64,000 bases of DNA from an uncultured virus (IMG/VR IMGVR_UViG_3300009130_000019) (taxonomy: Duplodnaviria > Heunggongvirae > Uroviricota > Caudoviricetes), in IMG/VR virus record IMGVR_UViG_3300009130_000019; one strand, given 5' to 3'. Made by a program: the position numbers and the translations under genes. Below the pieces are notes generated by a model. That model was given only the letters and a program-made list of their open reading frames with translations. It did no database searches and had not been told where the DNA came from. Positions 6,854 through 16,430 of the stretch are shown piece after piece. Every line of letters starts with the position of its first letter. Position 1 is the first letter of the stretch.

Positions 6854-7765
6854 ATGGAGACATTAAAGGTAGGGTCAAAGGGTATTAATGTAGTTAAGTT
6901 ACAGAGTATTTTAAAGTTAAAGCAGGATGGGTTATTTGGGAGGAAGACTGAGGCAGCTGTAAAGAATTTCCAGATGTACAGGGATTTGAAGGCTGATGGT
7001 ATAGTTGGGATGGAGACATGGGCAAGTTTGTTATCACATGTTGGTCCTATAGAGGCAATAGATCAGGATTCAGATTTACAATATTTTGAGACAAATTATG
7101 ATCAGCGTATAGAGAAGTATTATTTACCTAAGGGGGAGTATGTGGAGAAGAGGTATGATAACAGGTATTGTTTTTTGCATCATACAGCGGGGAGGGAGAA
7201 TCCATTTAGGGTTATAGACAGCTGGGGAAGAGATAGTAGGGGGAGAGTAGGTACTGAATTTGTGCTGGGTGGACAGAGTCATACTACAGGTAGCAGGGAT
7301 TATGATGGTGTTATGGTTCAGGCATTTCCTGAGGGCAATCATGCCTGGCATTTAGGGAAGACGGGTTCAGGGATAATGAACAAGGCTAGTGTTGGGATAG
7401 AGATATGTTCTATGGGTTATTTGGATAATGACTTAAAGACTTATGTTGGTAGTAAGTGTTTAACTTCACAAGCATGCAAGTTGGTAGAGCCTTTTAAGGA
7501 CAGGGTATATTGGCATAAGTATTCTGACCGTCAGTTAGAGGAGATAGAAAAGTGGATAAAGTATATAGGTGAGAGGGACAAGATAGATATGAGGCTTGGT
7601 TTAAAGCAATGGATTAAGAAGTATGGTCCTGTTAAGGCTTTTGGTTTTCAGGAGGATGCTTATTATGGTAAGGTGGAGGGTTTGCTGACACACACAAATG
7701 TAAGAAAAGATAAAAGTGATTGCTATCCAGATCCGGGATTGGTGGATATAATCATGAGTTTATAA
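6854..7765 (+). CDS. Endolysin: N-terminal peptidoglycan-binding domain plus N-acetylmuramoyl-L-alanine amidase (Amidase_2 type)
   Basis: LKVGSKG..V..LQ...DGLFG..TE.AV..FQ...L.ADGIVG..TW (PG_binding_1 pattern); LHHTAG, AWHLG, SVGIEIC, LTH...KSDC zinc-amidase motifs. Confidence 0.9.
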   Translation: METLKVGSKGINVVKLQSILKLKQDGLFGRKTEAAVKNFQMYRDLKADGIVGMETWASLLSHVGPIEAIDQDSDLQYFETNYDQRIEKYYLPKGEYVEKRYDNRYCFLHHTAGRENPFRVIDSWGRDSRGRVGTEFVLGGQSHTTGSRDYDGVMVQAFPEGNHAWHLGKTGSGIMNKASVGIEICSMGYLDNDLKTYVGSKCLTSQACKLVEPFKDRVYWHKYSDRQLEEIEKWIKYIGERDKIDMRLGLKQWIKKYGPVKAFGFQEDAYYGKVEGLLTHTNVRKDKSDCYPDPGLVDIIMSL

Positions 7766-7967
7766 GGTAGGCTAGGCAATTATTTTTAAACAAAGTGTTT
7801 GGGACTTGATAATTCTGAAAGCCTGCCTACCTTTAAGATATAGGGAAGGGGAGAAACTATTTTTACTTAATTTTATTATTTAATTATGGGTTAGTATATT
7901 TATTTTATGGCTAAATTAAATTGCCCCCTTCCTTATTTAAGAAATAATTCAAAAACTTTATTAAGCT

Positions 7968-8327
7968 ATGACGAGAGTAAGTAAGGTAGACAAGAAGGTA
8001 AGATCAACAAGAGATAAAGTTATAAAGTATCAGATCTTGACATATTGTTTTTTTAAAAACATTAAGGTCAGTACTACTGAACTTGAGTTGTTAACAGAGC
8101 TATCCAAGAATAATGGCATAGAGATAAACGAGCTGTGTCAGCAATTATCTGTTAAAAGTGTATATAGAACAAAGCAGTCAGCCAGGAATGCTATAACAAA
8201 AGCAGAGAAAAAGACGTTAATAATAAAGAATGGTGATGCCAGAAAGAAGAGAGTTTATATATCTGAAGATTTAAATATTCAGATAGATGGCATTATATTT
8301 TTAGATATAAAGATACTGGGAGAATGA
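7968..8327 (+). CDS. Putative winged-helix DNA-binding protein
   Basis: Basic 119 aa; TELELLTEL...INELCQQL...QSARNAITKAEKKTLIIK wHTH-like pattern. Confidence 0.6.
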   Translation: MTRVSKVDKKVRSTRDKVIKYQILTYCFFKNIKVSTTELELLTELSKNNGIEINELCQQLSVKSVYRTKQSARNAITKAEKKTLIIKNGDARKKRVYISEDLNIQIDGIIFLDIKILGE

Positions 8328-8683
8328 ATCCAAAGAAGTCCAGCAAGTATAAAGAGGGGATAGCAAAAGAGTTGGGGGTTCACGAAGATGTAGTAGATGC
8401 CTTTATAGGGTTTTATTATGACAAGGTCAGGCAGTCATTATCAGATTTGGTTTACCCTAAGGTATATTTGCATAACTTAGGGACTTTTGATTTAAGGAAG
8501 AGAAAGTTAGAGCAAAATATAACCAGGCAAAAAGACATATTAGGGAATTTAAAGAAAAGAACCTATTGTGGCTATGAAAAAAGCATGGTAATTCAAGAGA
8601 GGATAAAGCTATTTGAAAGAGCTTTAGAAGACATGAATAAAATATTGGAAGAGAAGAAAAAATTTAAAGATGGACTTAAATAA
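8324..8683 (+). CDS. IHF/HU-like DNA-binding protein
   Basis: IAKELGV...VDAFI....V...L....KVYLHNLGTF histone-like pattern. Confidence 0.7.
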   Translation: MNPKKSSKYKEGIAKELGVHEDVVDAFIGFYYDKVRQSLSDLVYPKVYLHNLGTFDLRKRKLEQNITRQKDILGNLKKRTYCGYEKSMVIQERIKLFERALEDMNKILEEKKKFKDGLK

Positions 8684-8990
8684 ATATTTGGGAGCTTTCA
8701 AGAGCAGGAAGCAAATTCTTGAGGGTATAAAGAATAAAATATTTAAGAAAGAACATGTGGAGGCGGAAGCTGCTAAGAGGTGGGCAAAGTGTAGGCAGTG
8801 TCCAAGCTTAGACACCAAAGGGTCAAAGTGCATGGTTAAAGGTACTGCCCCTTGTTGTAGTGAATGTGGGTGTAGCCTATCTCTAAAAACAAGATCCTTG
8901 TCTTCAGACTGCCCTTTAGGAAAATGGAAAGCTCTTATGGATGAGGATACAGAAGAAAAGCTTATGATAAATTTAATATTTAAAGAGTAA
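8670..8990 (+). CDS. Cys-rich Zn-finger protein
   Basis: CxxC...C...CCxxCGC...K.R.....CPLGKW. Confidence 0.75.
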   Translation: MDLNKYLGAFKSRKQILEGIKNKIFKKEHVEAEAAKRWAKCRQCPSLDTKGSKCMVKGTAPCCSECGCSLSLKTRSLSSDCPLGKWKALMDEDTEEKLMINLIFKE

Positions 8991-9796
8991 TGGGGTTAAC
9001 ATTTATAGAAAAAGGTCATAAATATGAAAGTCAGGATGGAATCTCCTGGACTTCTGTAACATCTTTTATACATAAGTTTAAGCCTGCTTTTAACAAGGAA
9101 AAGATTGCTAAAAAGTGTTCAACAAAGAAAAGTTCTAAGTGGTATGGCTTAGACCCTCAGGTAGTAATGAATATCTGGGAAGGAGAAACACAGCGAGCTA
9201 TAGATCTTGGAAATTGGTATCACAACCAAAGAGAGTCTGACCTTTTGGATTTTAAAACCATTGAAAGAGAAGGGGTGAATCTTCCAATTGTAAAACCTAT
9301 AATTGAAGAAGGAATAAAACATGCTCCTAAACAGAAGTTGTCAGACGGTGTGTATCCAGAGCATTTTGTTTATTTGAAATCTGCTGGTTTGTGCGGGCAG
9401 GCAGACCTTGTAGAAATTGTTAATGGGAAGATAAATATCACAGACTACAAGACTAATAAAGAGATTAAAGAAAAGAGTTTTGTAAACTGGGAAGGAATAT
9501 CTTCTAAAATGTACATTCCGGTAAATCATTTGGATGATTGTAATCTAAACCATTATAATTTACAAATGAGTATATATGCTTATATAATTAAAAAGCACAA
9601 CCCTAAATTAAAGGTTGGATCATTAACTGTTCAGCATGTAAAGTTTGAATCAGAAAGTCAGGATGAATATGGTTATCCTATAACAAAGTATGTAAATGGA
9701 GATCCTGTAATTAAAGAAATAAAAATGTATAACCTTCCATATTTAAAAGAAGAGGTTACCAGTTTAATAATGTGGATTAAAGATCAAAAGCTATGA
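8990..9796 (+). CDS. PD-(D/E)xK superfamily nuclease (Cas4/RecB-like exonuclease)
   Basis: SVT, G..YH, E, GQADL, ITDYKT, Y.LQMSIY motifs; sits upstream of TerL as in crAss-like phages. Confidence 0.85.
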   Translation: MGLTFIEKGHKYESQDGISWTSVTSFIHKFKPAFNKEKIAKKCSTKKSSKWYGLDPQVVMNIWEGETQRAIDLGNWYHNQRESDLLDFKTIEREGVNLPIVKPIIEEGIKHAPKQKLSDGVYPEHFVYLKSAGLCGQADLVEIVNGKINITDYKTNKEIKEKSFVNWEGISSKMYIPVNHLDDCNLNHYNLQMSIYAYIIKKHNPKLKVGSLTVQHVKFESESQDEYGYPITKYVNGDPVIKEIKMYNLPYLKEEVTSLIMWIKDQKL

Positions 9797-10311
9797 TAAT
9801 TAAATTATTTGATATACAGAATGAAAAGGTTGTTCCAACAGAGCATTGTTTTACATTGAAGTTTCTAAAGGATATCATGGAGGCGTTCCCTGATACATAT
9901 TTAAGTATATATCAATATCTGTTTTATATGACCTGTCCAAATCCAGATATGAATCCATTTTTTAATTTAAGGGAGCACGAAAAAGAAGATTTAATCCTTG
10001 AAGAGATAAATATGGAAGAATCTACAGAGGATGAGCTTATCCAGGAAGCATTGTATAAATGTGAAAAGCTATACCAAACTCCTACCTACAGAGCATATAA
10101 GGGAATAAAGGGAATGATGGATAAACTGGCAAAATATATGGAGACAACACCTATAGAGCATGGAAGAGATGGGAATATAACAGCTCTTATAAATGCAGCT
10201 TCTAAATTTGAACAGATAAGAAACTCATACAAAGGAGCATTTAATGATATGAAAAAAGAGCAGCAAAGTGTTGTAAGGGGAGGGCAAGGATTAGCATATG
10301 ATCAATTATAA
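9793..10311 (+). CDS. Conserved-looking phage protein, candidate terminase small subunit
   Basis: 172-aa helical protein two genes upstream of TerL; function inferred from position only. Confidence 0.45.
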   Translation: MIIKLFDIQNEKVVPTEHCFTLKFLKDIMEAFPDTYLSIYQYLFYMTCPNPDMNPFFNLREHEKEDLILEEINMEESTEDELIQEALYKCEKLYQTPTYRAYKGIKGMMDKLAKYMETTPIEHGRDGNITALINAASKFEQIRNSYKGAFNDMKKEQQSVVRGGQGLAYDQL

Positions 10312-10322
10312 AAACCAATATT

Positions 10323-10595
10323 ATGAAAATTAGACCATTAGGCAGCAAGGTGTTGCTGAAAGAAAAAGAAGCGCCAAAATTTTTTAAAGGTACAAGTATT
10401 TTAATTCCTCAAACAGCACAAAACAAAGAATATTTAGCTTATGTTGTAAGAAAAGGGAAAGATGTAAAAAATGTAGCAGAGGGAAATTTAGTTAAATATG
10501 CAAAACATATTCAGCTTATTGAGATGGAACACGAAGGAGAAGATCACTTTCTTATTGATGAAAAAGATATACACGCAATAATTGAAGATGATTAG
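10323..10595 (+). CDS. groES: Co-chaperonin GroES (Cpn10)-like protein
   Basis: MKIRPLGSKVLLK, SILIP, VV..G..V..V..G..V.Y, FLIDEKDIHAII; 90 aa. Confidence 0.85.
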   Translation: MKIRPLGSKVLLKEKEAPKFFKGTSILIPQTAQNKEYLAYVVRKGKDVKNVAEGNLVKYAKHIQLIEMEHEGEDHFLIDEKDIHAIIEDD

Positions 10596-12771
10596 CATAC
10601 CAACACATAAAGATGGCAATTGGCAAACTACTGAATTTAGTGATGACTCAGAGTTTGCCATTTTTATTTTAAGTTTATTTAAAGAGCCTGGTCAATATGA
10701 GTTTGATGAAACCTCATTTTTGTTTAATGAACAAGCCAGGGCTTTTAATAAACAGAAATTTTATTGCAAAAGTCCATTTAGATCTAAAGATTTTATAAAA
10801 TATTGGGAAACAGAAAAGAACAAGTGTAGGAAAGGGGTGCTTTATATAAATAAAGATAAATCCTGGTTTATTACCAGAGATTATTATATGTGGCTAAACT
10901 TCCTTCCTATTTATGACAAGGAAGAAAAGAAGTATGGTTTTGCTAAAGTCAGAGATGCCCAATACCATATGGCTTTATATGAATTGCTTGCAGAGTTAAA
11001 TAATGAACACGCAGCCATTTTAAAAAAAAGGCAGATAGCTTCTTCCTATTTTCATATGGCAAAGCTTTTAAATCAATATTGGTTTGAAGAAGGTTCCGTT
11101 TGTAAAATAGGTGCTTCTCTAAAAGATTATATTAATGATAAAGGCTCCTGGAAGTTCTTAGAAGAATATAGAGATTTCCTAAATGAACACACTGCATGGT
11201 ATAGACCAAGTAATCCAGAGAAGGTATTGTTATGGCAACAGCAAATTGAGGTGCGGGTTGGTAACAGAAAGACAAACAAAGGGTTAAAATCAAAAATACA
11301 AGGGGCTTCTTTTGAGAAAAATCCCACAACAGGTGTAGGTGGGCCTACAACATACTTTTTCCATGAGGAGGCAGGAATTGCTCCTAAGATGGATAAGACA
11401 TATGAATACTTACGTCCTGCAATGTCATCAGGGATGATGACAACAGGTATGTTTATAGCGGCAGGGTCTGTGGGTGACCTTGATCAGTGTAAGCCATTAA
11501 AAGATATGATACTAAATCCCAAAGCTAATGGTATAAGAGGTGTTGAAACAGACTTAATAGATGAAGATGGTAGAATAGGGGTTGCAGGTTTATTCATTCC
11601 TGAACAGTGGTCTATGCCACCATATATAGATATGTATGGCAATTCTTTAATTCAAGAAGCTTTAGATGCCATACATAAAGAAAGAGCACAATGGAAAATA
11701 GATCTTAAGCCAGAGCAATATCAACTAAGGATTTCACAAAAACCTACAAACATTGCTGAAGCTTTTGCGTATAGAAAAGAAAGCATCTTTCCTCAAGGGA
11801 TAATATCCAGGCAATTAAAAAAGATAGAAGATAAAGAATATAGTTATGAACATATAGAGCTTGATAGAACACAAGATGGCATTCAAGCAAAAAGATCTAA
11901 AAGGATTCCTATAAACACTTTCCCTGTTAATAGAAAGCTTCAAGATAAATCAGGATGTCTTATTGTGTGGGAAAGGCCAGTAAGTAACCCAGGGTTTGGC
12001 ATGTATTATGCAGGAATTGACCCTGTTTCTGAAGGAAAAACTACAACTTCTGATTCTTTATGTAGTATCTTTGTATATAAGAACCCCGTAGAGGTCATAA
12101 GAGAAACAGTAGAAGGTGTAGAGCATATTATAGAGCAAGATAAAATTGTTGCTGCCTGGTGTGGGAGGTTTGATGACATTAATAAAACCCACAAACAACT
12201 TGAATTAATAATAGAATGGTATAATGCATGGACAGTTGTAGAGAATAATATTTCTTTATTTATTCAGTATATGATATCTAAAAGAAAGCAGAGATATCTA
12301 GTTCCTAAAAATCAAATACTATTTTTAAAAGACTTGGGTTCTAATAAGAATGTATTTTCTGATTATGGGTGGAAAAACACCGGAGTTCTATTCAAAAATC
12401 ATTTGATATCTTATGCTATAGAATTTTTAAGAGAGGAGATAGATGAAGAGTTTGATGAAGAAGGTAATACTATTGGCTCTACTTTAGGAATAGAAAGAAT
12501 TCCTGACCCCATGTTATTAAAAGAAATGATAGCATATCAACCAGGAGTAAACGTAGATAGACTTGTGGCTTTTTCATCACTAATAGCATTTGCTAAAGTG
12601 CAGCAATCTAATAGAGGTTATTCTAAAAGAAAAGAAAGTGAATTGGACAATAAGTTTGACAAATCAAAAAATTTATATAAATTAAAATATAGCCCATTTA
12701 GAAACATAGGGAAAAACAAAGTTATAAACGGGAAGAAGTTTAAAAAGTCAGCTTTTAAAAATCTTAAATAA
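10588..12771 (+). CDS. terL: Terminase large subunit
   Basis: LKKRQIASS (Walker A-like), YFFHEEAG (Walker B), YAGIDPV and NVDR nuclease motifs; directly upstream of portal; ATG 10588 preferred over TTG 10582. Confidence 0.92.
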   Translation: MISIPTHKDGNWQTTEFSDDSEFAIFILSLFKEPGQYEFDETSFLFNEQARAFNKQKFYCKSPFRSKDFIKYWETEKNKCRKGVLYINKDKSWFITRDYYMWLNFLPIYDKEEKKYGFAKVRDAQYHMALYELLAELNNEHAAILKKRQIASSYFHMAKLLNQYWFEEGSVCKIGASLKDYINDKGSWKFLEEYRDFLNEHTAWYRPSNPEKVLLWQQQIEVRVGNRKTNKGLKSKIQGASFEKNPTTGVGGPTTYFFHEEAGIAPKMDKTYEYLRPAMSSGMMTTGMFIAAGSVGDLDQCKPLKDMILNPKANGIRGVETDLIDEDGRIGVAGLFIPEQWSMPPYIDMYGNSLIQEALDAIHKERAQWKIDLKPEQYQLRISQKPTNIAEAFAYRKESIFPQGIISRQLKKIEDKEYSYEHIELDRTQDGIQAKRSKRIPINTFPVNRKLQDKSGCLIVWERPVSNPGFGMYYAGIDPVSEGKTTTSDSLCSIFVYKNPVEVIRETVEGVEHIIEQDKIVAAWCGRFDDINKTHKQLELIIEWYNAWTVVENNISLFIQYMISKRKQRYLVPKNQILFLKDLGSNKNVFSDYGWKNTGVLFKNHLISYAIEFLREEIDEEFDEEGNTIGSTLGIERIPDPMLLKEMIAYQPGVNVDRLVAFSSLIAFAKVQQSNRGYSKRKESELDNKFDKSKNLYKLKYSPFRNIGKNKVINGKKFKKSAFKNLK

Positions 12772-15527
12772 TGAGAGTATTTAACGCATTACAAATAAAG
12801 AAAGGAGCTAAGGGAGAAGGATATCCAACTTCCTCAAGCCTTACACAGCCATTACAGTTTTTGCCAAAGAAAAAGAAAGATGATGATTGGTTTGCATGGA
12901 ACATGGATTGGCTTGAACTTCAAGGACTGGAGTTTATAAGATTAAATTCCAGAAGATTGCTAAAAAACTACAAGTTAGCTAAAGGCATTATAGATAAAAC
13001 AGACTATATCATAGAGGAGGACAATGACTATAAAGACATTATAGATGTTCTTACAAAGGAAGATGAGACTGCTTTAGAGCTAAAGTTCTACCCCATCATA
13101 CCTAACGTTATTAATGTTCTCTCAGGAGAATTCTCTAAAAGATATTCTAAGGTTCAATTCAGAGCTGTTGATGACCTTTCTTATAATGAAATGCTTGAGC
13201 AAAAAAGAGCAATGATAGAAGAAAATCTTCTTGCAGATGCTGAAAAAAAGATTATCATTAAAATGATAGAGATGGGGATGGACCCAAGTAGTGAAGAAGC
13301 TCAACAGCAACTAAATCCTGAAGCTATAAAAAGCTTACCTGAAATTGAAGATTTCTTTTCTAAAGACTATAGATCTTTAGTAGAAGAATGGGCTTCACAC
13401 CAGTTAAATATTGATGAAGAAAGATTTAAAATGCAAGAACTTGAAGAAAGAGCATTTAGAGACATGCTTATTACAGATAGGGAGTTTTGGCATTTTAAAA
13501 TGTTGGAAGATGATTATGAACTAGAGTTATGGAACCCAGTGCTCACCTTTTATCAAAAATCTCCAGATGTAAGATATATAGCAGATTCTAATTTTGTAGG
13601 AAAGCTAGATCTTATGACCTCGGCAGATGTGATAGATAAATATGGGTATTTAATGAACCAGGACCAGCTAGAATCTCTACAAAAAATATATCCTGCAAAA
13701 TCTGCTCTTTATCAAGTTAATGGATATCAAAATGATGGATCTTATTATGATGCAAGTAAATCTCATGAGTGGAATACAAATATGCCAGGCCTTGCCTATA
13801 GAAGATTTGTAAGCAATTGGTCTAATGATCCAGCTAAAGGAGGTGATATAGTTTCTGCAATACTTAATGAAAGTGACGACCTAAAACTTTGGGGAGAAGG
13901 AGACTTAATGAGAGTTGCTACATGCTATTGGAAAACCCAAAGAAAAATAGGTCATTTAACAAGGGTGAAAGAAGATGGTGAAGTAATTCAGGAAATAATA
14001 GATGAAAGTTATAGGATTACAGAAAAACCCATGTATGACACATCTATATTTAAAAACAAAACAAAAGAAAACTTACTACAGGGAGAACATATAGATTGGA
14101 TATGGATAAATGAAGTATGTGGAGGAGTAAAAATTGGACCAAACCTACCAGCAAACTGGAGGTCTAATATGGGTAACAATATTAATCCTATATATCTGGG
14201 AATTAATAGAAAAAAACCAGGAAGAGTACCTTTCCAATTTAAGGGAACAAAAACTTTATATGGTTGTAAGCTTCCTGTAGAAGGAAGAGTGTTTTCTGAC
14301 AGGAACACAAAATCTGTTGCTCTTGTAGATTTAATGAAAGCATATCAGGTTGGATATAATTTAGTAAATAACCAGATAGCTGATATACTTGTAGATGAGC
14401 TTGGTACAGTAATTATGTTTGATCAGAATGCTCTTCCTAGACATTCTATGGGTGAAGATTGGGGGAAAGGGAATTATGCTAAGGCATATGTAGCAATGAA
14501 AGATTTCCAGATGTTACCTTTAGATACATCTATTACCAATACAGAGAATGCCACTAATTTTAATCATTATCAGGTTTTAAATATGGAGCAATCTCAAAGA
14601 TTGATGACTAGAATACAACTTGCTAATTATTTTAAACAACAAGCATTTGAAGCATTAGGGGTAAATCCGCAAAGATTAGGTGCTCCAATAAGTCAGCAAA
14701 CAGCTACGGGTGTAACCCAGGCATTAAACCAATCTTATGCTCAAACAGAGATATATTTTACTCAGCATTCAGATAATCTAATGCCAAGAGTGCATCAAAT
14801 GAGAACAGATTTAGCTCAGTATTATCACAGTACAAACCCCAGCGTAAGACTATCTTATACTACTACAGAAGCAGAGAATGTAAATTTTATTATTAATGGA
14901 ACAGATCTTCTTCTTAGAGATTTTAATGTTTTTGCCACTACTAAAACAAACCATAGATCAATTTTAGATCAGCTTAAGCAGTTGTCAATGACAAATAATA
15001 CATCTGGAGCTTCTATATATGACTTAGGAAATATTATTAAAGCAGAATCCATAGCTGAAGTTACAGATATATTAAAAGATGCAGAAACAAAAATGCAGGT
15101 TCAAAGACAACAAGAAATGCAACAACAACAACAAATGCAACAAGAGCAAATACAAGCTAAGATGCAAGAAGAACAAATGAAATTGCAGTTTGAAGCTCAG
15201 GAAAATGATAAAGAAAGACAAAAAGATATTACTGTTGCAGAAATCAGAGCTGCTGGATATGGAGCTATGCAGGATATTAATCAAAACTTACAATCAGATT
15301 ATATAGATGCAATGAAAGATATTCGTGAGACTACAAAATACAGAGAGCAAATGGATATGAAAAGAGAGCAAAACATTAATAAAAATACTATAGATAAGCA
15401 AAAGCTTGAAATTGAAAGAGAAAGACTACAAACACAAAAAGATATAGCAAATAAAAATCTTGAAATAGCCAAAGAGAATAAAAACAAATATGATATGCAG
15501 GCAAAAAAGAAGAAAAAAGATAAATGA
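12771..15527 (+). CDS. Portal protein, crAss-like
   Basis: 918 aa after TerL; YPIIPNVINVL.GE, SxVDLMKxYQ..YN, Q-rich coiled-coil C-terminus. Confidence 0.88.
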   Translation: MRVFNALQIKKGAKGEGYPTSSSLTQPLQFLPKKKKDDDWFAWNMDWLELQGLEFIRLNSRRLLKNYKLAKGIIDKTDYIIEEDNDYKDIIDVLTKEDETALELKFYPIIPNVINVLSGEFSKRYSKVQFRAVDDLSYNEMLEQKRAMIEENLLADAEKKIIIKMIEMGMDPSSEEAQQQLNPEAIKSLPEIEDFFSKDYRSLVEEWASHQLNIDEERFKMQELEERAFRDMLITDREFWHFKMLEDDYELELWNPVLTFYQKSPDVRYIADSNFVGKLDLMTSADVIDKYGYLMNQDQLESLQKIYPAKSALYQVNGYQNDGSYYDASKSHEWNTNMPGLAYRRFVSNWSNDPAKGGDIVSAILNESDDLKLWGEGDLMRVATCYWKTQRKIGHLTRVKEDGEVIQEIIDESYRITEKPMYDTSIFKNKTKENLLQGEHIDWIWINEVCGGVKIGPNLPANWRSNMGNNINPIYLGINRKKPGRVPFQFKGTKTLYGCKLPVEGRVFSDRNTKSVALVDLMKAYQVGYNLVNNQIADILVDELGTVIMFDQNALPRHSMGEDWGKGNYAKAYVAMKDFQMLPLDTSITNTENATNFNHYQVLNMEQSQRLMTRIQLANYFKQQAFEALGVNPQRLGAPISQQTATGVTQALNQSYAQTEIYFTQHSDNLMPRVHQMRTDLAQYYHSTNPSVRLSYTTTEAENVNFIINGTDLLLRDFNVFATTKTNHRSILDQLKQLSMTNNTSGASIYDLGNIIKAESIAEVTDILKDAETKMQVQRQQEMQQQQQMQQEQIQAKMQEEQMKLQFEAQENDKERQKDITVAEIRAAGYGAMQDINQNLQSDYIDAMKDIRETTKYREQMDMKREQNINKNTIDKQKLEIERERLQTQKDIANKNLEIAKENKNKYDMQAKKKKKDK

Positions 15528-15877
15528 AGTTAACGGCTACACATATTATATTCATTGTTCAGTCATCTTTAATTCTAATACTATTCTTAGTAATAGTATT
15601 TAGAAAACCACCTTCACCAACAGTAGTGGACTATAATAAGATTAAACACCAAATAGAAGAATCTATAAATACACTTAAATCTGAATTTGATTCTCTTAGT
15701 GAAGAAAATACACTTCTTTATAGAAAGATGGATTCTTTAAAATATCAAATGCCGGATAATAAGAAAAGCCTAGATAAAATTAATAAGGAAATAAAAAGAT
15801 TAAATGAAACATATATTATTAATAATTATAGGGATAGCTCTGATGCTGCCCTTATCCGCAGATTGTCAGGAGGATAA
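15524..15877 (+). CDS. Putative inner-membrane spanin-like protein
   Basis: N-terminal transmembrane helix followed by coiled coil; overlaps next gene by 74 nt. Confidence 0.55.
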   Translation: MKLTATHIIFIVQSSLILILFLVIVFRKPPSPTVVDYNKIKHQIEESINTLKSEFDSLSEENTLLYRKMDSLKYQMPDNKKSLDKINKEIKRLNETYIINNYRDSSDAALIRRLSGG

Positions 15878-16238
15878 AGTTCTGATTGAAAGAGATGTGC
15901 TTATAAGGATAGCGTCACAACTGGATAGTTTTGAAGTCCTAAAGAAATTAGAAGTTAAATATCTTTCTTTTAAAGACTCCTGTGTTATATTGACAAATAC
16001 TCAAATGGAATATATAGAAACACAGGATAAGTTGATATTTAATAAAAGTAAACAAATAGAAAATCTAAAAACTTCAGAAACTGAGTATAAGAATTTAATT
16101 GAAGTTAATGAAGGCCTTGTAAAAACATATCAAAAAAAAGCTAAGGTAGGAAGAAGAAATACTGTGATAAGTTTAGTAGGTGGGGGTGTTTTAACACTGG
16201 GTTTAACAACAGCTTTAATCATAAGTATAGTACAATAA
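15804..16238 (+). CDS. Putative spanin partner (signal peptide, coiled coil, C-terminal transmembrane helix)
   Basis: MKHILLIIIGIALMLPLSADCQ signal; C-terminal VISLVGGGVLTLGLTTALIISIV. Confidence 0.5.
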   Translation: MKHILLIIIGIALMLPLSADCQEDKVLIERDVLIRIASQLDSFEVLKKLEVKYLSFKDSCVILTNTQMEYIETQDKLIFNKSKQIENLKTSETEYKNLIEVNEGLVKTYQKKAKVGRRNTVISLVGGGVLTLGLTTALIISIVQ

Positions 16239-16430
16239 AGCAGGTATTGGAGATTTTTAAATTTATTCTTGGTAGGAAGGTTATTTTTCTCCTTTATCTG
16301 CTTAATGTAACAAAGGGTAAAAAAAGTAGCTATATACTGCAAAGATTAATAAATTTAATATAAACCTTAGAAAGTTTTAAGTATAAATATTGCGTATATT
16401 AACATTATAAATAATAAAAAACCAACAACA

